A stretch of DNA of 64,000 bases, taken from positions 62,001 through 126,000 of the forward strand of contig NIVC01001545.1 of assembly GCA_002269645.1 (NCBI GenBank), read 5' to 3'. This document shows, in pieces, positions 45,048 to 56,332 of this stretch. Below the pieces are notes generated by a model, which was not told the origin of the DNA, searched no databases, and saw only the letters and a list, made by a program, of their open reading frames with translations. The DNA comes from Macrostomum lignano (Eukaryota). How positions within the stretch are numbered: the first letter of the stretch is position 1; every line of letters starts with the position of its first letter. Made by a program: the position numbers and the translations under genes.

Positions 45048-46062
45048 CACTCATTGGCGTGAACAGCATCCGGGAGAAGTCTAGATCACTCATTGGCGTG
45101 AACAGCATCCGGGAGAAGTCTAGATCACTCATTGGCGTGAACAGCATCCGGGAGAAGTCTAGATCACTCATTGGCGTGAATAGCATCCGGGAGAAGTCTA
45201 GATCACTCATTGGCGTGAATAGCATCCGGGAGAAGTCTAGATCACTCATTGGCGTGAACAGCATCCGGGAGAAGTCTAGATCACTCATTGGCGTGAATAG
45301 CATCCGGGAGAAGTCTAGATCACTCATTGGCGTGAATAGCATCCGGGAGAAGTCTAGATCACTCATTGGCGTGAATAGCATCCGGGAGAAGTCTAGATCA
45401 CTCATTGGCGTGAACAGCATCCGGGAGAAGTCTAGATCACTCATTGGCGTGAATAGCATCCGGGAGAAGTCTAGATCACTCATTGGCGTGAATAGCATCC
45501 GGGAGAAGTCTAGATCACTCATTGGCGTGAATAGCATCCGGGAGAAGTCTAGATCACTCATTGGCGTGAATAGCATCCGGGAGAAGTCTAGATCACTCAT
45601 TGGCGTGAATAGCATCCGGGAGAAGTCTAGATCACTCATTGGCGTGAACAGCATCCGGGAGAAGTCTAGATCACTCATTGGCGTGAATAGCATCCGGGAG
45701 AAGTCTAGATCACTCATTGGCGTGAATAGCATCCGGGAGAAGTCTAGATCACTCATTGGCGTGAACAGCATCCGGGAGAAGTCTAGATCACTCATTGGCG
45801 TGAATAGCATCCGGGAGAAGTCTAGATCACTCATTGGCGTGAATAGCATCCGGGAGAAGTCTAGATCACTCATTGGCGTGAATAGCATCCGGGAGAAGTC
45901 TAGATCACTCATTGGCGTGAATAGCATCCGGGAGAAGTCTAGATCACTCATTGGCGTGAATAGCATCCGGGAGAAGTCTAGATCACTCATTGGCGTGAAT
46001 AGCATCCGGGAGAAGTCTAGATCACTCATTGGCGTGAATAGCATCCGGGAGAAGTCTAGATC
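45048..46062. repeat. 39-bp minisatellite, ~26 near-identical copies (cactcattggcgtgaa[c/t]agcatccgggagaagtctagat)
   Basis: Direct. Confidence 0.97.
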
Positions 46063-46574
46063 AATGCATGCATGGCTTGTGATTTCCGTATGCATATAAA
46101 GTACCCAGAGCTAAGGACAGCAGTTGGCACTGTTCCACGTCCAGAAGCGTTCGCAGATCAGATTCGATAAGGCAAATACCTGAACTGTAAAAACTGAAGC
46201 GCTGGGAGACAATGGAGGGGGGATTCTCAAGCCCCGAACAGATTGGCATCAGGGAAACAGAGGCAGGGACAGGCATAAACAAAGGCTTCCATGCTTATCA
46301 CTAGGCTAGCAGCACTGGCACAATGGGACCAGTGACGCCTTACTGCATGCAGTGTTGTGCTTGACAATAACTGTGAAATAAGCGAGTCCAACGGTTAAAC
46401 TATCAGCAAAACGTTGGCTCTTACACAGCCCAGTGATTGCGAATGTTGCTGCAGTTTATTTATAGCAGTTAAACGCTTACAAGCATTTCTTTAGCGAAAG
46501 ATAGTCGCGTGTTTTATTAGTGCTAAGAGGCGTATTTGGAGACTCTGCGGGATGGGAAAGGAGCCTTGGTTATA

Positions 46575-46920
46575 AGCAGTCATTGCAACACACTGTGGGG
46601 TGACAGAGGGGCCTTGGCCATAGACAACAGCCACTGCAACACACTGTGGGGTGACAGAGGGGCCTTGGCCATAGACAACAGCCACTGCAACACACTGTGG
46701 GATGACAGAGCAGGGGCCTTGCATGGCCATAGACAACAGCCACTGCAACACACTGTGGGGTGACAGAGGGGCCTTGGCCATAGACAACAGCCACTGCAAC
46801 ACACTGTGGGATGACAGAGGGGCCTTGGCCATAGACAACAGCCACTACAACACACTGTGGGATGACAGAGGGGCCTTGGCCATAGACAACAGCCACTACA
46901 ACACATTGTGTTGTGACAGA
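46575..46920. repeat. 51-bp minisatellite (cagccactgcaacacactgtggggtgacagaggggccttggccatagacaa)
   Basis: Direct. Confidence 0.92.
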
Positions 46921-47654
46921 GATATAGTGGCCTTGGTGATAAACAAAAAGGCTATTTAAACAAATAACCATAAAAACGGTATCATAAAAAGTTTAAGCCA
47001 CAAAACTTGATAGGCTAAGGATTAGCTGAATGCAACGCTAGACAAAGAATGATAAAATATGATTTGTTAACACGAGCCAAGCTATTTTTGAGAAATTTGT
47101 TTTTGAGTACAAAAAGTATATAAAAGAACAATATTACTGACATTAATAAGATAAAAGTGCACAGGAAAAGTCGCAGATAATGCAATTTTTTGGTGCTAGA
47201 TAAGATCCAATTGTATACTACATAAATAGAAAAGAAAACATAAAACCAAGCACTTCGTATTTGGTTGCAGAGTCGGCAAAAGGCATTAAAAAAAGTTGCT
47301 TATAAGAATAAGATTAACCAGACGATATGTTTAGAAAATAACTTTTTAAAGCAGAATTGAACGCAGAGACGCAAAAGGAAAATCAAGAAAAGGAATGGAG
47401 GATAGGGCGGAGGAAGGTGAACCGCTTTGGTCCAGATGAAGTTTTTTCAATGTTGCTAAAATAGTAAACACTAAAACAAAAGTTTTTACTTAAAAAAACA
47501 TACAAAACGGAACTAAAAATAAAATTTCTACTAGAGACAGAAACAGTTCAGAACGACAGAAAAAAACAGCCGAAGGAGTACTGTACATTATTTTACAGTA
47601 AAGTACAGGCTGTAACGCCGTCCTACAGACCTTTTGTTGCAGACTTTAACACAC

Positions 47655-48115
47655 ACTGCTACAGACCCTGAAAGACAGTCACAACCTACTACAGACCCTT
47701 AAAGACAGTCACAACCTACTACAGACCCTGAAAGACAGTCACAACCTACTACAGACCCTTAGAGACAGTCACAACCTACTACAGACCCTTAAAGACAGTC
47801 ACAACCTACTACAGACCCTTAGAGACAGTCACAACCTACTACAGACCCTTAGAGACAGTCACAACCTACTACAGACCCTTAGAGACAGTCACAACCTACT
47901 ACAGACCCTTAGAGACACTCACAACCTACTACAGACCCTTAGAGACACTCACAACCTACTACAGACCCTTAGAGACACTCACAACCTACTACAGACCCTT
48001 AGAGACACTCACAACCTACTAAAGACCCTTAGAGACACTCACAACCTACTACAGACCCTTAGAGACACTCACAACCTACTACAGACCCTTAGAGATAGTC
48101 ACAACATACTACAGA
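47655..48115. repeat. 30-bp minisatellite (ctactacagacccttagagacagtcacaac)
   Basis: Direct. Confidence 0.93.
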
Positions 48116-48267
48116 CCCCTACAGACCGTGGCACTACTACAGACCCTTACAGCTCCTCACTGCACTTTGGGACAGTCGCATCTTACTACAGACTATAACG
48201 CACTATAGACTATAACGCATTATAGACTATAACAGCCAAAATAAGCAAAGCTGCAACGAGTTGCGCC

Positions 48268-51200
48268 TCATTTAAAGTTGAACCGCACCTGCACCAGGTA
48301 CCTCAGACGCAGCTGATTCACATTGTACACAACGTACTCATTATAATTGAGCACAGTTGACAGGTTGCTGGCCACCAGCTTGCCAATGGGAACTTTGCAC
48401 CCGTCGGCCAACTGCTCTGCAGACGAAGGATTTGGAGTCAATTCTCCAATGCCTTTGACGCTGTTGAATCCGGCAGGCAGCTTGGCCGCCTCATAGTCGG
48501 CCTTGTTCAGCTCTCGACTGGTGCCCAGGGCCACTTCGCATAGGGCCAGCACACCTGTTGGCTTGCTTCTAGTAGCGTACAGGTAATTGGCCGACTTGCT
48601 GCTCACGTCGGCAAAGTACACGCCTTTGCCGAACATGTAGCCTGTGGCCGGCGCCTCGGGGGGCGCCACGCGGAGGCCCTGAGATGGGAGCGGGAGATTT
48701 GGGGCTGCTTGAGGGCGATTCTTGGGGCATTTTGAGGGTGATTCTTGGGGCTGTTTGAGGGCGATTCTTGGGGCAGTTTGAGGGCGATTCTTGGGGCAGT
48801 TTGAGGGCGATTCTTGGGGCAGTTTGAGGGCGATTCTTGGGGCAGTTTGAGGGCGATTCTTGGGGCAGTTTGAGGGCGATTCTTGGGGCAGTTCGAGGGC
48901 AATTCTTGGGGCAGTTCGAGGGCAATTCTTGGGGCAGTTCGAGGGCAATTCTTGGAGCAGTTCGAGGGCAATTCTTGGGGCAGTTCGAGGGCAATTCTTG
49001 GGGCAGTTCGAGGGCAATTCTTGGAGCAGTTCGAGGGCGATTCTTGGGGCAGTTCGAGGGCGATTCTTGGGGCAGTTAGAGGGCAATTCTTGGGGCAGTT
49101 CGAGGGCAATTCTTGGGGCAGTTCGAGGGCAATTCTTGGGGCAGTTCGAGGGCGATTCCTGGAAGGGATTGTTGTTAGATTCTTAAAAGGCTACAGATTA
49201 GGCGGTAAGCGGACTCACCTGAGACAGAATTCCAGCCCAGTTAGACAGCCGAGACCCGTGCCACAGCAGCATCCGGTTAGGCAGATCCGATCTGAACCGA
49301 GCAGTCTCAGGCGCTCGCTGCACTTTAAACAGCGCTCCCAAACTCAGGGTGTACAGACTGTGAGTCGGACCGTGAGTAGTCTGCAGGTATCTGTCAATCA
49401 TGGAGAACTCCTCAGAATTGGAGTCCACAGGCTCAATATCGCAGGCCAGCCGCCTGTAGCACCGGTCCAGCGGGTGCTCAGCAGCTGCCGAGTCCCCAGA
49501 CTCCTCCGCTCCATCGCTAACCACTTTCAGAGCAGTTTGAATCTGCTCCAAGGCCTGCAGCAGATCTGCCTTGGCCTGGATCTCTTCTAGGCTGCGAATA
49601 ACGGGCGGTACCCGCATGCCGAAGTCGTGCGGTATTCGGGTGTAGAAATCGTTGCAGGCCGACACGAGCTTCTGGCCGGAGCTGTGCCCGCCTCGGACCA
49701 GCGCTTCGATAGCTTTGAGGGCTACGAAACCGGCTTTGATCTGGGCGGCGGTCAGCTTGCCAAGAGGCATCCGCTTGGCATCGTAGCGCATCTCAACCAC
49801 CGTGTCCTCCATCTGCTGCACATCGCAGATCATGCCCAGCAGGGCCTGCAGTGCCGCGTGCAGCCGGCTGGCCGCCTCAGCTTTCCGCTCAGCGGCGGCC
49901 TGTTTCTTGGCTGCTTTGTCAGCTTTGTCGTCACCTGCGCCGCCGTCGCCGCCAGCCTTGTGATCCCGGTGCACCAGATCGTACTTGCCAGCCACCTACA
50001 CAAATTAATTTACATTATTTTTAAGCGTTTTTTTGGTAGAAAAAAAACTTTTATTTTCTACTGACAGTAGAGCTATAAGAAAGAGCATCAAATTTCTGAA
50101 AAGTTATTTTAAAAAAAAGGTTTCAATTTCGTCTTTTTAGAACCAGAATTTCCCAGGTAAGGTACCACGAGGTACCACAACCCGAACCCTGAACCAAGGT
50201 ATCACAACTCGAACCCTGAACCAAGGTACCACAACTCGAACCCTGAACAAGGTACCACAACTCGAACCCTGAACAAGGTACCACAACCAGAACCCTGAAC
50301 CAAGGTACCACAACCAGAACCCTGAACCAAGGTACCACAACCCGAACCCTGAACCAAGGTATCACAACTCGAACCCTGAACCAAGGTACCACAACCAGAA
50401 CCCTGAACCAAGGTACCACAACCCGAACCCTGAACCAAGGTACCACAACCAGAACCCTGAACCAAGGTACCACAACCAGAACCCTGAACCAAGGTACCAC
50501 AACCAGAACCCTGAACCAATGTACCACAACCCAAACCCTAAACCAAGGTACCACAACCAGAAACCTGAACCAAGGTACCACAACCCGAACCCTGAACCAA
50601 GGTACCACAACCCGAAACCAGCAAGACCAACCTTGGTAAAAGTTTTAGCAGCCACAGATGCCCATTCATTTTTTGTTTTATCCTCGAACTTCTTGCAGAA
50701 GAGCGCCTTGGCCCGGTCAAGGTCGGGACCACAAGGCACCAGACTGTGCTGACCGGTTTTGCCCACCCGGCCCCAGCGGAACCAGACCCAGTAGTCTCTG
50801 GGCGCCTTGTGCAACAGCTGCAACAGGTAGAACTTGTTGTTGTTAAACTGCAAGTTGGTCTGGTTCAGCATAGCGTCGTACACTGTGCCGCCTTCGGCGT
50901 GGACTCGAACTGAAGCTGCCGACAGGCCCGTCAGCTCGGAGTCCACCGCGGCGCCACCGCGGACAAGCACCACCTTCTCGTCTGAGCCGTCTTCATCCTC
51001 CTCAGCTGCTGCTGATGCTGCTGCACGACCGCTGCTACCGTTCTTCTGCTTCTGGCGTTTCTGCTTTTGCTGCCGCTTCTGGGCTTCTTCGTCATCACCG
51101 ACATCATCATCAGATGGTGGAGGCGACGGAGACGCGGCTGGCCGCTTGCGAGCCCCAGCTGCCAGACGGCCGCTGGTTCGGCGGGTTGGCGCTGAAGGCG

Positions 51201-52569
51201 CCGGCGGAGCTGCTGCAGAGGTTTGCGAGAGGGGAAAGAGTGACGGAGTGACAGACAGTTAACAGAGTGACAGGTAGGTTTGGTGAGTGACAGACAGTTA
51301 ACAGAGTGACGGATAAGTGAGTGACAAGCAGTCAAGACTCGAGAGTGAAGGATAAGTTGGGAGAGTAACTGACAGAGCGACAGACAGCCACCAGCTCACC
51401 CGCCCCAGTAGACTTGGCCGCAGCGGTTGCACTTTTAAATTCCCGCTCGGCCAGAACTCTTCGGCGAATATTTCTACGAAAGCCGGTCCTGTCGTTGGTC
51501 TGGTGCAGCTTGCGCAGGTCCACCGTGTAGGAGTTGCCGCCGATGCTGACGGAGACGGAGGCGTCACCCCGGCTGTGCGCGGCCTCCAGCTTGTGGGCCG
51601 CTGACGGGGGCATGTTGGACCACGGCTTCAGGTCAGCCTGCCACAGCGCTGCGACCTCTGCGAGGGCGACGGTTCATGGGATACTGACAGTCTGACATAG
51701 GCTACTGACAGTCTGACATAGGCTACTGACAGTCTGACATAGGCTACTGACAGTCTGACATAGGCTACTGACAGTCTGACATAGGAGCTACTGACAATCT
51801 GACATAGGAGCTACTGACAATCTGACATAGGAGCTACTGACAATCTGACATAGGAGCTACTGACAATCTGACATAGGAGCTACTGACAATCTGACATAGG
51901 AGCTACTGACAATCTGACATAGGAGCTACTGACAATCTGACATAGGCTACTGACAGTATAGGAGCTACTGACAATCTGACATAGGCTACTGACAGTCTGA
52001 CATAGGCTACTGACAATCTGACATAGGGTACTGACAGTCTGACATAGGCTACTGACAATCTGACATAGGGTACTGACAGTCTGACATAGGCTACTGACAA
52101 TCTGACATAGGCTACTGACAATCTGACATAGGGTACTGACAATCTGACATAGGCTACTGACAGTATAGGAGCTACTGACAATCTGACATAGGCTACTGAT
52201 ATTTCCAATCTGAGATTTTAAAACTCACCACGAGTTGCACTATTGCCTGACTGTAGCACAAACACAACTCGAACTTTACGCGATGGCCCAGTCGTGCCAC
52301 CTTTCCGAGTCTGAATGCCTTTGTCAAAGTCGACCGAAATCTCATAATTATTGGGCAGCTTCAGATCGCACTAAATCAAATATTGTTTTGATTGTTTCAA
52401 ATTCAATATTTCGATAATTCTTTGTTCAAGTTATAAAAATGTGCAATCTACGAGTACTTACAGTATTACTATTAGCAGCAATAGCAGCATTCAACGCTGT
52501 TATGTGTTTATCTGAGTAGTTTCTCCAAACATCAGGCCCATCTTCATATTGCCACAATGGTTTAGCCAT
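48268..52569 (-). CDS. PARP2: PARP2-like poly(ADP-ribose) polymerase, WWE-WWE-WGR-regulatory(HD)-catalytic; exons 52569-52462, 52370-52229, 51657-51400, 51212-50632, 49995-49219, 48678-48268 (~758 aa)
   Basis: WGR: VYDAMLNQTNLQFNNNKFYLLQLL..WFRWGRVGKTGQ. HD: MPLGKLTAAQIKAG..FYTRIPHDFG. Catalytic H-Y-E intact: LLWHGSR, GYMFGKGVYFAD..KSANY, LNYNEYVVY. Two WWE-like repeats at the N-terminus. Exon phases are consistent (0,1,1,0,0). Confidence 0.93.
48690..49160. repeat. 23-bp minisatellite (gggcagtt[t/c]gagggc[g/a]attcttg), last PARP intron
   Basis: Direct. Confidence 0.93.
50160..50620. repeat. 27-bp minisatellite (gaaccctgaaccaaggtaccacaacca), PARP intron
   Basis: Direct. Confidence 0.93.
51680..52200. 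repeat. 21/23-bp minisatellite (ctgaca[g/a]tctgacatagg(ag)cta), PARP intron
   Basis: Direct. Confidence 0.93.
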
Positions 52570-53097
52570 TTTAGATGTTTAGTTTTCTTTTATCTGCAAT
52601 AATGAAATTTTATATGGTTTCAACCATAATTTTAACAGATATTAATAGATATATATATATAGATATTATAGAACTGAATTCTAGTTTACACTTTTTAAAC
52701 CTATGCTAAATGTGTCAAGATAGTCTATTTTTGCATTTTTGCCTTAGCATCATTTTATCACTGAGAGTATTAAAATGGATGGAGGTTTGCAGAAACAGGA
52801 GCCAAATTCTGATAGTCTAACACAGGCCAATACGCAGATATTAAATGATCCAGCAATGCAAAGATATTTTTTGTAAAGTGGCATGAATGTATGGTATGAG
52901 CATTGCAGTTAATGCAATATAGTGCTTGGTGTATACCACTTTCTGTGGCATTTGGCATAGCCACAGTGCAGCCCTTGGCAAGAATACTTTGCATATGGTA
53001 TTCTTCAGCATTTGTTGCATAGAAAAAAAAATTCTATCCATTAGACTTCACCAGTCTATCAATAACCCTTTAAGAACTCTGTGCCATATCTTTAATG

Positions 53098-53621
53098 CAA
53101 GGTCAGCAGACTCTGACCCGCAGGCCACATGTGTCCACAAGGTCTCTCTATCTGGCTTTTAGGTCCATTGAAAGTTCACAATAGCAATCTAGCCTGCTCA
53201 AGGTTTGTGTCTTTTCTAAGTTCTCTCCTCTCCTTTCTCTCTTCTCTCATCTTGTCTCCTTTTCTCCTTTCCTCTCATCTATTATCTTCTCTCTTCTCTC
53301 ATCTCTCTTTTCTCCTCTCATCTCTTATCACATCTCTTTTCCTCTCTCTTCTCATCTTTTCTCCTCTTTTTTCCTTTCTCTTCTCATCTCCTCTTTTCTA
53401 TCCTTTCATTGCCTTACCTTTCTCTCTCTCCTATCTTTATCTTTTCTCTTCTCTCATCATGTCTACCATTTTGGCTCTTATTTCTCCTCTTTTCTGTCAT
53501 CTCTTATCTCCTCTTTTGTCTTTTCTCTTAACTATTCCATCTCATTTCCACTCTTATCTAGCCCATAGAAATGACCTAGATTCCTTATCAGGCCCTTGAA
53601 GTAAAAAGTTGGTCAACCCTC
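53098..53621. mobile_element. Possible degenerate hAT/Charlie-like non-autonomous element with CT-rich interior
   Basis: The left end caaggtcagcagactctgacccgcaggccacatgtgtcc and right end ggcccttgaagtaaaaagttggtcaaccct resemble Charlie-type termini as recalled. The TIR match is poor and no TSD was verified. Confidence 0.25.
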
Positions 53622-53875
53622 ATTTTAATGAATATTTACGCATTTTTAGAATTTTAGCAAATAATCTTGGCTAATGGTTAAGCTTTAGCTAACTAAGCTT
53701 AAGGTAGCAATAGACTAGCAAAGCTAATCAGCCAGTTATCACATGATTAATACAAATTTTTAGCAAGCCATTAGCATTTTATAGTTGAATTTGCACTTGC
53801 ATTAACAATAACAAACTAATGATAGCTACCTAAAATAACTGGCTAAGGCTAAGCACTATCTTTATATTCAGTAGT

Positions 53876-54020
53876 GTTCCGCCGTAAGGAGGGTCCATGT
53901 ACCGTAGCCGTAGCCGTAAGCAAAACTACTGCTTACTCCAATTCTCCGTGTTCCGTAGCCGTAGGGACCCCGAAATTACCATATTTCCGTAGTTCCCGTA
54001 GCCGTAGCCGTAGCCGTAGT
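53876..54020. repeat. Cluster of ccgtag hexamers
   Basis: Direct. Confidence 0.7.
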
Positions 54021-55387
54021 TTTAACAAAAAGTCTACAAAACAAAACATTTTGACTCAAGAAGATAACCTAGTGCTTAAACAACTGCAAATTAAATTAGA
54101 AAATAAAAGAAACACTTAATTGTCTTTGTAATATTATATTTTGTCTTTTTTCAGAGCAACAATACTTAATCGTTATTGAAAGTACTAACGCTAGACTGTT
54201 TCACATTAATAAAAATTGGAGTTTGCTAGTGTTTTATTGTACTTTTTTAGGTATATTTTATAAGTTTCTAGGTTTATAATATAGTTTACTAAAAGTATCT
54301 TTGTTTTACTCTACCTGTTTCGAATATTTTTTCAATTTTTAACATTAATAATGTGGTAGGGCGATCTACCACTGACCGACGAACGTGATGACGCCGTGTG
54401 GTGACACTTGCTCATGACTCTCTGTTTTTCCGTCACTCGGTGCGCCGTCCCTTGCCCCATCCCTCACCCCATCTTTTGCCATTGCTCAATTGTTTGTTAA
54501 TTCCCGTTTGCGGCTTTAGTGTCGTCCGCTGCCCCATCGTCTGCCCCATTCCTTGCCCCATCCTTCGCCTTCCTGCCCCATCTGTTGCCCCATCCCTGTC
54601 CGGACGACATTGTTTCCCCTATTTATAAGACCATTTCGGGCTGCCTTTTGGTTTGTTCGCGCGCGCGCATTTTTTTCCGTATTTGTCGTTTTTCCTCGTG
54701 TAAACTCCGTGGTTTGTGCTCGTTCATTAGTGTTTGTGTTTATCCAGTTTCTGTTTAGTGTTTATAGTTTTTGCCTCTGCTAAGTAAGTTTTAATAGTTT
54801 CGCTTAATAGTTAGTCGTTCGGCACCCGGCACCGGCCGTGGACATCTTGTGAAATTAATATTTTTCTCTAATAACTACCGCCTGCGCAATTAACAATTGA
54901 GGCAGAATCCTTATAAACTATTTAAACTATAAAACTATAAACTATTTATAAAGTTTAGTTTATAGTTTAGTTTAAACTATAAACTATTTATAAACTATTT
55001 AATCCTCCGACCCTAAGGAAGCCGTACAGGCTAACAATAGACATTAGGCATTAAGAGATTAGGTATTAGGGAAGTAGATTAGTTACCGCTAGACAACCTT
55101 GATGCCCGGAAAACGCTAGACTTTCGGACTGAATTAGGGAATTAGACAGTGTCTTACCACTCGGGCACTACACGCTATCACAAGGTTTTCTAAGAAATCG
55201 TGTGAGTTAGGAATTCCTAGGAAAAATTCATAGTTTTGAATATTTAAAGTAGAAATTTAGTAATTTTAGACAGACAACTAGGTCTACAGCACGATGAAAT
55301 AATAGGACAGGAGTTTCCCCTGGAACAACTTGGTGGCAGCGTAAAGGGATCAAGAAACCAGCGGAAAACTAACTAGATAAGTGAAAA

Positions 55388-56332
55388 ATGGCAGGAATTA
55401 ATGACGCACTAGCGTTACTAGCCGAAGAACTTAGGAATCGTCTAGAAATAGGACTGGCAAGGCATGTGAGAATTCAGAAGTACACGCCAAGCCAAGACAT
55501 TAGGATCTGGTTGACAGCTTTTGATCAGAGGTGTGAATCAGAAGGAATTGAGGAGAATCATAGGAAAACTGAGCTATTAGCTAATTTAGGCTTAGCAACA
55601 GCGTTCGCCGCTGTACAACGACTTAATCTGCCAGAAGATCTAGGGTATGAAGAATTCAAGGAGCACTTGATCGAGAGATTTGGTAGAATAGGAAATGCGT
55701 CAGAGTTTAGGGAAGAGTTTAGAGGCAGAATGCAAGGAAGGAATGAGTCAAAGGACGCTTATGCTGATGCACTGATTGAGCTATCAGATAGGGCCTTCCC
55801 GAACATGAATGCAGAACAGCGAGAGGAAGAGATAGTAGAGCAGTTTATTAAAGGAGTTAGGATTCCGCCAGATACTAGGGAGGAGTTAATCTTCGCCCAA
55901 CCTGCGAATCTGCAAGAAGCTAGGCGAATGCTAAGGCGAATTGAGGCCGCATGGCAACTATCGCACAAAGGAGGTGTTAGGATGATGAAAGAGGGAGAAG
56001 GAGAGCAAGAGAAGAAGCTCCAAGATTTAGTTCAACAGCAGAAGAGTGAGTTAGAGCAACAGAAGAAGCTGATTCAGGAGCTGATGGTGCACAAGCCACC
56101 ACCTATGGTTAGACTACAGCCATGCCCAGCTCAGATGCCGCAACGGAATTATCAGCAGCAACCGGTGTTTCAGCCGAGATTTCCGGCATATTATCAGCCT
56201 AGACCTAGGAGAGAGTTTCCGATTCGCTCTTATTCGCCGCAGCCAGGAAGGTGTGCGATTTGCCAGCAACCCGGCTCAATAAGGCCTGGTATAGGTCACC
56301 AGTGCCGAGTGAATCGCAAACAGGGAAACTAG
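55388..56332 (+). CDS. Gypsy gag (element 2)
   Basis: KYTPSQDIRIWLTAFDQRCE...QGRNESKDAYADAL..EQFIKG; ends GGA AAC TAG at a slippery site. Confidence 0.88.
   Translation: MAGINDALALLAEELRNRLEIGLARHVRIQKYTPSQDIRIWLTAFDQRCESEGIEENHRKTELLANLGLATAFAAVQRLNLPEDLGYEEFKEHLIERFGRIGNASEFREEFRGRMQGRNESKDAYADALIELSDRAFPNMNAEQREEEIVEQFIKGVRIPPDTREELIFAQPANLQEARRMLRRIEAAWQLSHKGGVRMMKEGEGEQEKKLQDLVQQQKSELEQQKKLIQELMVHKPPPMVRLQPCPAQMPQRNYQQQPVFQPRFPAYYQPRPRREFPIRSYSPQPGRCAICQQPGSIRPGIGHQCRVNRKQGN

Noticed and set aside
44839-46099. 418-aa and 354-aa ORFs
   Set aside because: They are translations of a 39-bp (3n) tandem repeat with no independent coding evidence.
48569-50732. Repeat-derived ORF extensions in PARP introns (PSNCPKN, VPWFRV, GSGCGTL)
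   Set aside because: Bounded by clear GT-AG sites of the PARP gene; only the flanking exons are coding.
52770-53599. Short ORFs including a Leu/Ser/Phe-rich 156-aa frame
   Set aside because: CT-rich low-complexity sequence with no recognisable domain.
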